Of a stretch of DNA of 64,000 nucleotides, positions 15,510-25,234 are shown piece by piece. The DNA is from Deltaproteobacteria bacterium CG11_big_fil_rev_8_21_14_0_20_47_16 (GTDB lineage Bacteria > UBA10199 > GCA-002796325 > 1-14-0-20-47-16): positions 12,181 through 76,180 of the forward strand of contig PCXA01000010.1 of the NCBI GenBank assembly GCA_002796325.1, given 5' to 3'. Both the position numbers and the translations under genes were made by a program. Position 1 is the stretch's first letter. Each line of letters starts with the position of its first letter. The notes under the pieces are model-generated. The model was not told the origin of the DNA and did not search any database. It saw only the letters and a list, made by a program, of their open reading frames with translations.

Positions 15510-18317
15510 ATGAAACCTCGTATTATCTATATAGTGTGTGCCGCCATACTGGCCCTGTCAGCCGCATTTTCAATGCAGGCCAAGGGTGCAGAATGCCTGG
15601 TTAAGACAAATGCTGACAGTGGTGCCGGGAGTCTGCGTGCAGCAATTGCAACAGCGAATAATGGTGGGTGCAGCGCTAGTGGCAATAACTATCAAACCCG
15701 ATACGAAACGTTTGTGTCTGTTCCCCCAAGCATCCAACTCATTCACATTCCCAAAAGCGCTGACATTCGGTTAAGCTCAGCACTTCCCGAATTGCATTCC
15801 AGCTCTACAACACTACTTATCACAGCAGACAGTAGCGCCACAGTGCGTCTGATTGGCAAGCCACTGTCGGTGGGTGCCCATGTCATATTGGATCATGTTG
15901 TCATTCAAGATGTAGATGGGGTTGCACTGGATATTCATGGTAACGATAGTCTCATCATCAACAGCACGATTGCTGCAAGTGGCCGCATCGATACGCCAGC
16001 AATACGTATTACAGGAAATCGTGTCAGTATTGCCAACAGCACTGTCGCCAACAACAGGGGTATTGGTATTGTGATTGATGATGCCTTAACCGCATCGACA
16101 TGTACTGCAATTGCTTCGGGACAACGTGCACATCTTGAAAAGAACAAAGTTTATGACAATGGCGGCGCAGGTGTTCGGATTCATGCGCCTTACGCTCAAC
16201 TGAAAGCCAATGAAATATATCGCAACCAAGGACCCGGCATTCGCATGGCAGGAGAAGCAGGCCCAATCACATGCCCAGTGAATAATACAGGTCTCTATAC
16301 AAGCTTACTGAGAGAAAATAGCCTTCATCAAAATACCGAGGGTGTCTTGGTAACACCGATGCCGTTGGCACCCCCTGTTGATTTGGTGGATATTAGTCAT
16401 ACCACCGCACAACAGTATCGTATTGTAGGGAGCATTGGTTTGGACACGCGTACCAATTACCCATGGACCAACGACCACTTCAACATGCAGGGCGCTGTTG
16501 TGGAGCTCTTTTTGGCCGAAGCTGGTTCAATACATCAAGGCAGTGCATTTATTGCTCGTACATCTGTTACAGATCCAATACATCGCCAGTTCGTTATTTC
16601 TGTACCCAAGCCACTGATTGTCAATGGACATGAAGTGACATCACCTATCTTTGTCGCAACGGTTACCGACCCAGAACACGGCAATACCTCTCCTTATTCA
16701 GATGCACTCGATGTTGCCGCGACAACTGACTGGGATAAAGATGGCGTACCCAACGAAGTGGAAGATGAAAACCAAGACGGACAAGTCAACATCGAGAGTG
16801 GCGAAACAGACCCACGTCTACCTGACACCGATGGTGATGGTTTAACAGACGGCGAAGAACGACTGCACTTGGGTCGACTTGCAAGTGAAAGCTATATCAA
16901 TACGGACAAGGACAACGACAAGCGCAACTTTAAAGACAAATCGCGCCTTAAAGCAGGAAACTCCGATAGCGATGGTGACTGTCTGCCGGACGGCCTTGAA
17001 ATGGGCGTCGCAGCATTTGAATATCCTAAGGTATCGCATAGCACATACTCCATCTTACAGGCACCGCATCCTATGATATCAGGTGCGTGTCTTAATCTGC
17101 TCAAGCTGCATCAACTGTATAAGTTGGATTTGAGCACTCCTGCTGCGAGCCAATTACTGATTACCAATCTACTGTTCCGAAACATTAATGCGCCTGCCAC
17201 CATTGATAATGTGATTGGGATTTACGACAGCGATCCTAGCAATAAGAACACAGATCCAACCAATGCTGATACAGACGGCGATGGATTATTTGATGGTGCA
17301 GAGGACTGGAACTGGGACGGTACTGTCACAACTGATAAAGATGGTATTGCCTTAGAAACAGATCCCAACAATTCCGACTCTGATGCAGATGGGCTACTGG
17401 ATGGTGATGAAGACAAAAACAACAATGGTGTCGTTGATAAGGATGAAGCGTCACCATTGCTTTCAGATAGCGACCACGATGGAGTGACCGATCATCAAGA
17501 AGTCCGCAATGGTGAAAATCCCACCAACTGCGACTCCGATGGTGATGGCTTGCCTGATGGTATTGAAGATAATCAAACCGTGACCATCCCAAGTAGCGGC
17601 TGCTTAGGCGCTCCTGTTGGAGGGGTTAACTATAAGTATCCATCTGTCATGAACAGTCACAGCCGCGACTCCGATGGTGATGGTCTGCCAGATGGTGAGG
17701 AAGATGCCAATCACAACGGTTGGTTAGACCCAATGGAATCGGACCCCAGTACCCCAGATACTGATAATGACGGCATTGATGATTATGTGGAAAGTACTGG
17801 AGACACCGATCATGATGGCATTCCCGATTTCTATCTAGGCGATATTTCCAATGGCAGTAAATGTTCGCCCGCCAAAACAGTCCTGGACCTCGACTGCGAT
17901 GGTCTCTCCAATGCTCAGGATACGGACTCTGACAATGACGGTTGTTCCGACCGTGCCGAAGGCTTGGGAACCCAGGGAAGCCAATCCATTCCATCCGCCT
18001 ACACCAATGCCAGCAAGGCCTGCTCCGCCAGTGGTGGTGGCAGTGCTGGAGGCAGCTCCAGCGGCGGCAGTAGTGCTGGGGGCAGTATCGGCACCAGCAC
18101 AGGTACCGCCAGCCCATCCATTTCGGACGTCGATCCCCGGACCGGCTTGGGAAGCTGGAACAGCCATTGGGCAGGGCGCACAGACGGGGGCGGCGACTGT
18201 AGCCTGATCCGCCAAACCCAGATCCCCGGAAATTCATCAAAAACCCTCTTTTTCCTTGCGGCCCTCTTGGTCAGCGTGTTAGGCACCGCCCGCACTAATC
18301 TTCGACCAAAGTCCTGA
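15510..18317 (+). CDS. secreted parallel beta-helix / TSP3-repeat calcium-binding surface protein with C-terminal Cys-TM-basic tail
   Basis: 935 aa with Sec signal MKPRIIYIVCAAILALSAAFSMQA and a GSLRAAIATAN cap motif. Beta-helix-like repeats are NNRGIGIVIDD, DNGGAGVRIHA and RNQGPGIRMAG, followed by VATVTDPEHGNTSPYS. About 12 Dx[DN]xDG..D repeats follow, then a G/S-rich linker and the terminal ...GGGDCSLIRQTQIPGNSSKTLFFLAALLVSVLGTARTNLRPKS. Confidence 0.88.
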   Translation: MKPRIIYIVCAAILALSAAFSMQAKGAECLVKTNADSGAGSLRAAIATANNGGCSASGNNYQTRYETFVSVPPSIQLIHIPKSADIRLSSALPELHSSSTTLLITADSSATVRLIGKPLSVGAHVILDHVVIQDVDGVALDIHGNDSLIINSTIAASGRIDTPAIRITGNRVSIANSTVANNRGIGIVIDDALTASTCTAIASGQRAHLEKNKVYDNGGAGVRIHAPYAQLKANEIYRNQGPGIRMAGEAGPITCPVNNTGLYTSLLRENSLHQNTEGVLVTPMPLAPPVDLVDISHTTAQQYRIVGSIGLDTRTNYPWTNDHFNMQGAVVELFLAEAGSIHQGSAFIARTSVTDPIHRQFVISVPKPLIVNGHEVTSPIFVATVTDPEHGNTSPYSDALDVAATTDWDKDGVPNEVEDENQDGQVNIESGETDPRLPDTDGDGLTDGEERLHLGRLASESYINTDKDNDKRNFKDKSRLKAGNSDSDGDCLPDGLEMGVAAFEYPKVSHSTYSILQAPHPMISGACLNLLKLHQLYKLDLSTPAASQLLITNLLFRNINAPATIDNVIGIYDSDPSNKNTDPTNADTDGDGLFDGAEDWNWDGTVTTDKDGIALETDPNNSDSDADGLLDGDEDKNNNGVVDKDEASPLLSDSDHDGVTDHQEVRNGENPTNCDSDGDGLPDGIEDNQTVTIPSSGCLGAPVGGVNYKYPSVMNSHSRDSDGDGLPDGEEDANHNGWLDPMESDPSTPDTDNDGIDDYVESTGDTDHDGIPDFYLGDISNGSKCSPAKTVLDLDCDGLSNAQDTDSDNDGCSDRAEGLGTQGSQSIPSAYTNASKACSASGGGSAGGSSSGGSSAGGSIGTSTGTASPSISDVDPRTGLGSWNSHWAGRTDGGGDCSLIRQTQIPGNSSKTLFFLAALLVSVLGTARTNLRPKS
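16728..17960 (+). repeat. array of about 12 thrombospondin type 3-like (DxDxDG) calcium-binding repeats (protein-level repeat)
   Basis: DKDGVPNEVED, DTDGDGLTDGEE, DSDGDCLPDGLE, DTDGDGLFDGAED, DSDADGLLDGDED, DSDHDGVTDHQE, DSDGDGLPDGIED, DSDGDGLPDGEED, DTDNDGIDDYVE, DTDHDGIPD, DLDCDGLSN, DSDNDGCSDRAE. Confidence 0.85.
18186..18317 (+). other. putative C-terminal protein-sorting signal (Gly-x-Cys motif, spacer, TM helix, basic tail)
   Basis: GGGDCS, then a 17-aa spacer (LIRQTQIPGNSSK), a hydrophobic helix (TLFFLAALLVSVLGTA) and RTNLRPKS. The same architecture ends the protein at 41642-41773. Confidence 0.55.
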
Positions 18318-18456
18318 AAATACAGGCAGATCGGTCGCAAACTTCACACGCCTCTTTATCGTGTGGTGCTCGCTTGCGAGCCTCAGAGGCGGCGGTATTC
18401 AGTAACGTGGGATGTCCTGCGCTACATGAATAACTAACCACAGAAAGGGATTTTGT

Positions 18457-19332
18457 ATGTCAGCAGATATCAAGACGCTATTGGAGGCCGGCGTGCACTT
18501 TGGCCACCAAACCTCTCGTTGGAACCCCAAAATGAAGCCGTACATTTACGGCGCCCGTAACGGTATCCATATTATTGATCTGGATCAAACCGTCACCATG
18601 TTGGATGCAGCATGCAAGGCCGTCACCGATGCCGTTTCCCATGGAAGCGACATTTTGTTTGTCGGTACCAAGAAGCAAGCACAAGACATTGTTCGCGAAC
18701 AAGCCGAACGCATTGGCCAATACTTTGTGAACTACCGCTGGTTGGGTGGTATGCTTACCAACTTCAAGACCATCAAGAAGAGCATTGATTACCTGAACAA
18801 CATGACCAAGAAGCGTGAAGCAGGCGAGTTTGAAAAGTTCACAAAGAAAGAAGCTAGCCTCATCAATAAAGAAATCGACAAACTGGAAGAGACCCGCGGT
18901 GGTATTCGCAACATGACCAAGATCCCCGGTGTTATCTTTTTGGTCGATCCCAAGAACGAACATATTGCATTGAAGGAAGCCCGCACACTCGGTTTAACAG
19001 TGATTGCATTGGCAGATTCAAACTGTGATCCAGATGGTGTGGATTATTTAATCCCAGGCAATGACGATGCCATCCGTGCCATCTCCATTATCACCACCAT
19101 GATTGCCGAAGCTGCACGTGTTGGTCTTGAAAAGCGTGCCGCCATCATGCGCGAAGAAGATGCTTCACGCAAAGCCCGTGGCGAAAAGGCACCTAAGGGT
19201 CCAATCGAACGCAAAATTGGTTCCAAAGGTAAGGCCTATGTTGGCAAGACAGAGTCCATTTCAAAAGAAGAAGCTGAGGGCTTTGCATCTGCAAGCGCTA
19301 CTGCCCCAAGCACAGACACAACCACTAACTAA
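18457..19332 (+). CDS. rpsB: 30S ribosomal protein S2
   Basis: 291 aa: LLEAGVHFGHQTSRWNPKMKPYIYGARNGIHIIDL. It has a C-terminal acidic/basic extension. Confidence 0.96.
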   Translation: MSADIKTLLEAGVHFGHQTSRWNPKMKPYIYGARNGIHIIDLDQTVTMLDAACKAVTDAVSHGSDILFVGTKKQAQDIVREQAERIGQYFVNYRWLGGMLTNFKTIKKSIDYLNNMTKKREAGEFEKFTKKEASLINKEIDKLEETRGGIRNMTKIPGVIFLVDPKNEHIALKEARTLGLTVIALADSNCDPDGVDYLIPGNDDAIRAISIITTMIAEAARVGLEKRAAIMREEDASRKARGEKAPKGPIERKIGSKGKAYVGKTESISKEEAEGFASASATAPSTDTTTN

Positions 19333-19348
19333 TTAATAGAGGATCGAC

Positions 19349-20251
19349 ATGACATTTACAGCGAATGATGTGAAAAGTTTGCGCGAGCGCACTGGCGCCG
19401 GCATGATGGATTGCAAAAAGGCATTAACCGAATCACAAGGCAATGTGGATGATGCAATCGAAATTCTGCGGAAGCAAGGTTTGGCAAGCGCTTCCAAAAA
19501 GGCAGGGCGCGTTGCAGCAGAAGGTATGATTGCCCATCAACTGGATGCCAAGGCACGCACTTTGGCCATGGTTGAAGTGAATTGTGAAACAGACTTTGTG
19601 GTGAAGACACCCGAATTTTCAAAGCTTGCAGATGATGCCGCTCAACTGATCGCCACACAAAATCCAGCGGATGTTGCAGCCTTGCTCCAACTCAAGGTTG
19701 CGGATCAAACGGTGGAAGCCATTCAAGTCGCATTAGTTGCCAAAATTGGTGAAAACATCGGTGTACGCCGATTCCTGCGCACCAGCTGGAATGATAAACA
19801 AGATTGCGCCATTTATACGCACACTGGCAGCAAGATTGCTGCAGCCATCGTATACGATGATCCCAATAAAAAAATGCCGGCAGAATTGGCACGTGACATT
19901 GCCATGCATATCACGGCCATGAACCCACAGTATGTCCGTCAATCAGACGTGCCTGCCGAGTTCATTGCGAAGGAAAAGGAAATTTCACTCGCCAGCATGG
20001 CTGACCAAAAGAAGCCTGCCGAAATTATGGAAAAGATTGTAGCTGGCAAGATTCAAAAATACCTGGCAGACATTTGTCTTGAAGATCAAATTTTTGTTAA
20101 GGATCTTGAAGGCAAGCGCAGCGTATCCAAAGTCCTTGCAGCAATTGATAAAGATATCCGCATTACTCAGATGCTTCGCCTGCAAGTCGGCGAAGGCGTC
20201 GAAAAGAAGAAAGAGGACTTTGCCGAAGAAGTTGCCAAAATGATGCAGTAA
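19349..20251 (+). CDS. tsf: translation elongation factor Ts
   Basis: 300 aa with the UBA-like N-terminus VKSLRERTGAGMMDCKKAL. It follows rpsB by 16 nt. Confidence 0.95.
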   Translation: MTFTANDVKSLRERTGAGMMDCKKALTESQGNVDDAIEILRKQGLASASKKAGRVAAEGMIAHQLDAKARTLAMVEVNCETDFVVKTPEFSKLADDAAQLIATQNPADVAALLQLKVADQTVEAIQVALVAKIGENIGVRRFLRTSWNDKQDCAIYTHTGSKIAAAIVYDDPNKKMPAELARDIAMHITAMNPQYVRQSDVPAEFIAKEKEISLASMADQKKPAEIMEKIVAGKIQKYLADICLEDQIFVKDLEGKRSVSKVLAAIDKDIRITQMLRLQVGEGVEKKKEDFAEEVAKMMQ

Positions 20252-20269
20252 CCACAATTAGGGGGAAGC

Positions 20270-20989
20270 GTGTCATCACTCAAATACAAACGCATCGTAC
20301 TCAAAATGAGCGGCGAGGCTCTACAATCCAAAGAATTGGGATTGGGAATTTGCCTTCCGGTCGTTGCTGAAATCGCCAAAGAGGTGGCTCACGTCAAAGA
20401 AAGTGGCGTTGAAATCATCATGGTGATTGGTGGTGGCAATATCTTCCGTGGTTCCTCTGAACGCGCGACAGCCATGGACCGTGCCCAAGCAGACTACATG
20501 GGCATGCTCGGCACAGTGATTAACGGACTTGCCATGCAGGACGCACTTGAAAAGCATGGCATCCCAACGCGCGTCATGTCCGCCATTAACATTTCCCAAA
20601 TTGCCGAACCCTATATTCACAGACGTGCGCTACGCCATTTGGAAAAGGGCCGCATCATCATTTTAAGTGCGGGCACCGGTAATCCTTACTTTTCAACTGA
20701 TACTGCTGCAACATTGCGCGCTATGGAATTCAATGCCGACGCCGTGCTTAAGGGCACAAAAGTAGATGGCGTTTTCAATTGCGATCCCAACAAGGATGCC
20801 TCTGCCAAACGCTACGACTCCCTCAGTTATATTGATGTATTGCAGCAAGGGCTTAAAGTCATGGATTCCACAGCCATCTCAATGTGCATGGATCACAAAA
20901 TGCCCATTATTGTCTTTAACATGTTTACCCCTGGCAACCTTGAAAAGGTTGTACGGGGCGAGAAAGTGGGGACACTCGTTCATGGATAA
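20270..20989 (+). CDS. pyrH: UMP kinase
   Basis: 239 aa with a GTG start. Motifs are [25 protein letters not shown] and [17 protein letters not shown]. Confidence 0.95.
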   Translation: MSSLKYKRIVLKMSGEALQSKELGLGICLPVVAEIAKEVAHVKESGVEIIMVIGGGNIFRGSSERATAMDRAQADYMGMLGTVINGLAMQDALEKHGIPTRVMSAINISQIAEPYIHRRALRHLEKGRIIILSAGTGNPYFSTDTAATLRAMEFNADAVLKGTKVDGVFNCDPNKDASAKRYDSLSYIDVLQQGLKVMDSTAISMCMDHKMPIIVFNMFTPGNLEKVVRGEKVGTLVHG

Positions 20990-21524
20990 TATTCTCAATG
21001 ACACAAAGGCGCGCATGCAAAAGGCGTTACAAAGTTTGCGTGATGAATTGACCAAAACACGTACTGGTCGTGCCAGTTTGGGCATCCTGGATGGTATTAA
21101 GGTTGATTACTACGGAACAGCAACACCGCTCAATCAGGTTGCCGCACTAGCAACACCAGATGCACGACTTATTACGGTTCAGCCCTGGGAATCCAATCTC
21201 ATTGCAGAGATTGAAAAAGCCATACTCAAGGCTGGAATTGGTCTCAACCCCGTCAACGATGGAAAACTGATTCGCTTGCCAATTCCTGCACTCACAGAAG
21301 AACGCCGGAAAGAATTGGTCAAGGGGCTTAAGAAGCATGGCGAAGAATGCAAAGTGGCCATGCGCAATGTGCGTCGTGACGCCAACGAAGCGTTGAAGGC
21401 AGCCGATCTTACAGAAGATGCGCTTAAAAAAGCCCAGAACGATGTGCAAAAGCTTACCGACGATTTTACCAAGCAGGCCGATGATGCTGTTAGCCACAAG
21501 GAAAAAGAATTGATGACAGTATGA
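20982..21524 (+). CDS. frr: ribosome recycling factor
   Basis: The ATG at 20982 overlaps the pyrH end by 8 nt and gives [32 protein letters not shown]. The upstream part of the 252-aa ORF is out-of-frame read-through of pyrH. Confidence 0.93.
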   Translation: MDNILNDTKARMQKALQSLRDELTKTRTGRASLGILDGIKVDYYGTATPLNQVAALATPDARLITVQPWESNLIAEIEKAILKAGIGLNPVNDGKLIRLPIPALTEERRKELVKGLKKHGEECKVAMRNVRRDANEALKAADLTEDALKKAQNDVQKLTDDFTKQADDAVSHKEKELMTV

Positions 21525-22207
21525 ATCCACTGCCTTCCCACATTGCCATCATCATGGACGGCAACGGCCGCTGGGCGGGACAGAGAGACTTGCCCCGTGA
21601 AGCGGGACACCGGCAGGGTGCACAAACTGCCGAAGCAATGGTGGAGGCGTGCCATGAGCGCGGCATCTCTTACCTGACGCTCTACGCATTTTCAGATGAA
21701 AACTGGGAACGTCCCGTTGAAGAAGTTATTGCCCTGATGCAATTACTCGATGAATTTGTCATTTCCAAGCGCGATAAAATGAAGAAAAAGGGGATTCGCT
21801 TTCGTACCATTGGCGACATCTCGCGCTTGCCTGATTTCGTTTTGGATTCCATCAATCAAACCATTTCTGAAACTGCGGATGGCAACAAGCTCACATTAAC
21901 TTTGGCGTTAAGTTATGGCTCACGTGCTGAAATTTGTCGTGCAATTGAGCGCTGTCAGAAGGCAGGCATTCAAAGAATTACACCAGAGGCCATTGATGCA
22001 CACCTGGACACCGCAGGTTATCCAGATCCCGACTTGCTAATCCGCACGAGTGGCGAGCACCGCATCAGCAATTACTTGCTCTGGCAACTGGCCTATACGG
22101 AACTTTATTTTACCAACACCATGTGGCCAGAGTTTTCAGAGGCCGATCTGGATTTGGCAATTGATGACTATCGTAAGCGGGATCGACGCTATGGACGCGT
22201 CAGCTAG
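21521..22207 (+). CDS. uppS: di-trans,poly-cis-undecaprenyl-diphosphate synthase
   Basis: 228 aa with [13 protein letters not shown] and the [23 protein letters not shown] signature. Confidence 0.95.
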   Translation: MNPLPSHIAIIMDGNGRWAGQRDLPREAGHRQGAQTAEAMVEACHERGISYLTLYAFSDENWERPVEEVIALMQLLDEFVISKRDKMKKKGIRFRTIGDISRLPDFVLDSINQTISETADGNKLTLTLALSYGSRAEICRAIERCQKAGIQRITPEAIDAHLDTAGYPDPDLLIRTSGEHRISNYLLWQLAYTELYFTNTMWPEFSEADLDLAIDDYRKRDRRYGRVS

Positions 22208-22215
22208 GGGGATTC

Positions 22216-23013
22216 ATGCAACGACTGATTACGGCATTATTTTTAATTATCGCTGTCGGTGGTGTTATTTTGGTTGCACCAAGCTTGGTATTTAAAATTC
22301 TCGTACTTGCTACCACTGGACGTGTATTGCAGGAATTATTTCGACTCTTTTTCCCAACAGCCCGGTTCTATGAATGGTGCGCCATATTGGTTGGAATGGC
22401 TGTTGCCACAACGCTTATTTGGAAGGAGTGGGGCATCCCAACACTTCCAATATTAATCGCGGCTGTGTTTGTGATCGCCTGCATTCATATGTTCCACTCC
22501 GAAATTTTAGAACATGTCCCGCAACGCGTAGCATTAACCATGTTTGGTATTTTATATATCGGTTGTACATTGCCTTATTTTGCATGGCTCTACGCCTTGC
22601 CACATGGCAAGGCACTTGTCATTATGGCCATCGCCATGGCTGCATTTGGGGATACGTTTGCCATGTTTGCCGGGAAAACAATTGGTCGCCATAAAATGTC
22701 ACCTCTTTTAAGCCCCAATAAAACCTGGGAGGGCTTAGCAGCTGGTTTTTGTGGCAGTATGTTTGGAGCATTACTCGTGCGCCAGTTGATGTGGCCCGAA
22801 CTGGCATTAAAACCTGCTATTATCTTGGCACTTATTATTGGCATTGTGGGTCCCATTGGGGATTTGATTGAATCCATGATCAAACGCGCCAATCATGTGA
22901 AGGATGCCGGTTCATTGCTCCCGGGTCATGGTGGCGTCTTGGACCGCGCGGATGCACTGGTTTTCACCGCACCAACGGTTTATTACTTTAGCACATGGTT
23001 TTTTAATTTATGA
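22216..23013 (+). CDS. cdsA: phosphatidate cytidylyltransferase
   Basis: 265 aa, multi-TM, with the CdsA signature SPNKTWEG...GDLIESMIKRANHVKDAGSLLPGHGGVLDRAD. Confidence 0.93.
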   Translation: MQRLITALFLIIAVGGVILVAPSLVFKILVLATTGRVLQELFRLFFPTARFYEWCAILVGMAVATTLIWKEWGIPTLPILIAAVFVIACIHMFHSEILEHVPQRVALTMFGILYIGCTLPYFAWLYALPHGKALVIMAIAMAAFGDTFAMFAGKTIGRHKMSPLLSPNKTWEGLAAGFCGSMFGALLVRQLMWPELALKPAIILALIIGIVGPIGDLIESMIKRANHVKDAGSLLPGHGGVLDRADALVFTAPTVYYFSTWFFNL

Positions 23014-24161
23014 CAACGCAACTTTCCATTCTGGGTAGCACAGGTTCCATTGGCGTAAGCACGCTGGATGTTGTCCAACGCCATCCGCAACGCTATGCTG
23101 TTGTTGCACTTGCTGCAGGTCGTAACATTGCCAAACTGGCAGAACAAGTGCGCACATTTAAGCCCAAGCTCGTTTCTGTTTTAAATCAAGCGGACATTGA
23201 AAAACTTCAGCAACTAATTCCAGAGTGTCACTGCACCATTGTTTCAGGCGAAGCGGGGGCCATTCAAGTGGCAACGCACCCCGATGCAGACAAAGTTGTA
23301 TCCGCTATGGTTGGCGCTGCAGGTCTCAAACCAACCTATGCCGCAATTTGTACTGGCAAGCCGGTATTGCTGGCCAATAAGGAAACGCTAGTCATGGCAG
23401 GTGAGTGCATGATGGCAGCTGCAAAAGAACATCACTGCACGTTACTTCCCATTGATAGCGAACATAGTGCCATTTTACAAAGCATGCAGGGTCAACCTCG
23501 CGACCGCATCACACGCATCATTCTCACTGCATCAGGTGGTCCATTCCGTACGCGCCCGCAGGAAACATTTTCAAAGATCACACGTGAAGAGGCGCTGGCA
23601 CACCCAAACTGGAATATGGGCGCCAAAATCACCATCGACTCCGCATCTATGATGAACAAGGGATTGGAATTTATCGAGGCCATGTGGCTCTTTGATTTGA
23701 AACCTGCACAAATCGACATTGTGGTGCACCCTCAAAGTATCATTCACTCAATGGTGGAATATTGTGATGGCTCTGTGATGGCCCAACTCGGCATGCCGGA
23801 TATGCGTGGGCCCATTTCTTATGCACTGGCGTACCCTGATCGTATGGCATCCGGCATCACGCCGATGGATTTTACCAAGACGTCGCAACTAACATTTGAA
23901 GCACCGGATACAAAGCGCTTCCCATGCTTGCGTCTGGCACGACAGGCTGCAGAAGCAGGTGGTACGTTGCCTGCTGTTATGAATGCCGCAAACGAAATTG
24001 CGGTTGCTGCATTTTTGGATAATAAGATTCACTTCACAAAGATTGCTGACATTGTTGAAGAAACCATGAAGCGCCACACAACCCAGCGTTGTGGTAGCAT
24101 CGAAGACGCAGTTGCAGCCGATACATGGGCCCGCGAAACTGCCAAAGGATTGGTGGCATGA
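23010..24161 (+). CDS. dxr: 1-deoxy-D-xylulose 5-phosphate reductoisomerase
   Basis: 383 aa with LSILGSTGSIGVSTLDV, LLANKETLVMAG and PIDSEHSAI. It overlaps cdsA by 4 nt. Confidence 0.95.
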   Translation: MTTQLSILGSTGSIGVSTLDVVQRHPQRYAVVALAAGRNIAKLAEQVRTFKPKLVSVLNQADIEKLQQLIPECHCTIVSGEAGAIQVATHPDADKVVSAMVGAAGLKPTYAAICTGKPVLLANKETLVMAGECMMAAAKEHHCTLLPIDSEHSAILQSMQGQPRDRITRIILTASGGPFRTRPQETFSKITREEALAHPNWNMGAKITIDSASMMNKGLEFIEAMWLFDLKPAQIDIVVHPQSIIHSMVEYCDGSVMAQLGMPDMRGPISYALAYPDRMASGITPMDFTKTSQLTFEAPDTKRFPCLRLARQAAEAGGTLPAVMNAANEIAVAAFLDNKIHFTKIADIVEETMKRHTTQRCGSIEDAVAADTWARETAKGLVA

Positions 24162-25234
24162 TTTATTTTATAATTACACTCGGCTTTCTGGTTTTCATGC
24201 ACGAATTGGGTCACTTTTTGCTCGCACGTGCCAATGGCATTGATGTCGAAGAATTTTCAGTGGGATTTGGCCCCAAGCTCTTTGCAAAAAAGGTGGGGCG
24301 TACAATTTATAAAATCTGCATCCTGCCATTTGGTGGCTATGTCAAAATGAAGGGTGAAAATCCCGAAGAATTAAAAGATGGGGAACCACTCGAACCAGAT
24401 TCATTTGCCGCAAAATCAGTTCCACGCCGTTTGTCTGTTGTGTTGGCCGGCCCCATTACCAATATTCTGCTTTGCTTTTTGGTACTTCCATTAGCGTTTA
24501 TGATTGGTGTGCATGTGCCAGATCTCAAAGATGTGCCCGCTGCCGTCGGGAAGGTAATTCCTGGAAGTCCCGCTGACCTTGCCGGCATCGTAGAAGGTGA
24601 CACCATCGTCTCACTCCAGGGGCAGCCGGTTAAGAGCTGGAACAGTTTTGTGGAAGACGTGCAAAAGCAGGGTTGGCTGCCGCTCGCAGTTGGCATCACC
24701 CATGACGGCCATCGCAGCACCAAAATTATTCTGACGCAATTTGATTCTGGTACGCGCCGTCATTTAATTGGTGTGCAGCGTACGGATCCCGTGACCACAC
24801 TCGAACGCTACGGTGTTGTCGAATCTGTTAAAATGGGTGTGCAAGAAGCCTGGGGTATGGTGGACATGACATTTGCTGTTCTGGGTAAACTCTTCAGTGG
24901 GGAAATTGGCATCAAGGCGCTTTCAGGTCCACTGGGTATTGCCAAAGCGTCTGCAACCGTTGCCAAAAAAGGTTTTGGCGACCTTCTGCACTTTATGGCA
25001 TTCCTCAGCATCCAATTGGGTATTTTGAATCTACTCCCCATTCCTGTACTTGATGGAGGCCACGTTCTCTTTATGGCCATCGAGACCATCCGACGCAAAC
25101 CACTCTCTATTAAATTCCGTGCAATGGCCCAGATCGTAGGCCTTGTGATGTTGTTGAGCTTAATGCTGATTGTGACTGTTAATGATGCCAACACCCTGTT
25201 TGGATTGCGTCGGCTTTTTGCAAAGTGGTTCTGA
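24158..25234 (+). CDS. rseP: RIP site-2 zinc metalloprotease RseP
   Basis: The ATG at 24158 (ATGA overlap with the dxr stop) gives MIYFIITLGFLVFMHELGHF with an HExxH motif. It has one PDZ-like segment and a C-terminal LNLLPIPVLDGGH motif. Confidence 0.9.
   Translation: MIYFIITLGFLVFMHELGHFLLARANGIDVEEFSVGFGPKLFAKKVGRTIYKICILPFGGYVKMKGENPEELKDGEPLEPDSFAAKSVPRRLSVVLAGPITNILLCFLVLPLAFMIGVHVPDLKDVPAAVGKVIPGSPADLAGIVEGDTIVSLQGQPVKSWNSFVEDVQKQGWLPLAVGITHDGHRSTKIILTQFDSGTRRHLIGVQRTDPVTTLERYGVVESVKMGVQEAWGMVDMTFAVLGKLFSGEIGIKALSGPLGIAKASATVAKKGFGDLLHFMAFLSIQLGILNLLPIPVLDGGHVLFMAIETIRRKPLSIKFRAMAQIVGLVMLLSLMLIVTVNDANTLFGLRRLFAKWF

Noticed and set aside
17647-18240. Several 110-200-aa ORFs on both strands inside the 3' part of the first TSP3 gene (17647-18240 -, 17835-18215 -, 17851-18207 +, 17999-18340 -)
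   Set aside because: They are alternative-frame or antisense readings of GAY/GGY-rich repeat and Gly/Ser-linker codons. The products are Trp/His/Cys/Arg-rich nonsense, and the forward TSP3 frame explains the region.
18368-18381. Palindrome GCTCGC-TT-GCGAGC in the rpsB leader as a terminator or S2 autoregulatory element
   Set aside because: The loop is too small, there is no U-tract, and I cannot match it to the known rpsB leader pseudoknot by eye. It would need a covariance-model search.
18478-18963. 161-aa antisense ORF within rpsB, and similar long antisense ORFs in frr/uppS (21179-21655), lpdA (58887-59471) and lysC (61052-61534 alternative frame)
   Set aside because: They overlap highly conserved housekeeping genes whose frames are unambiguous. 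They show no SD and no recognisable motifs.
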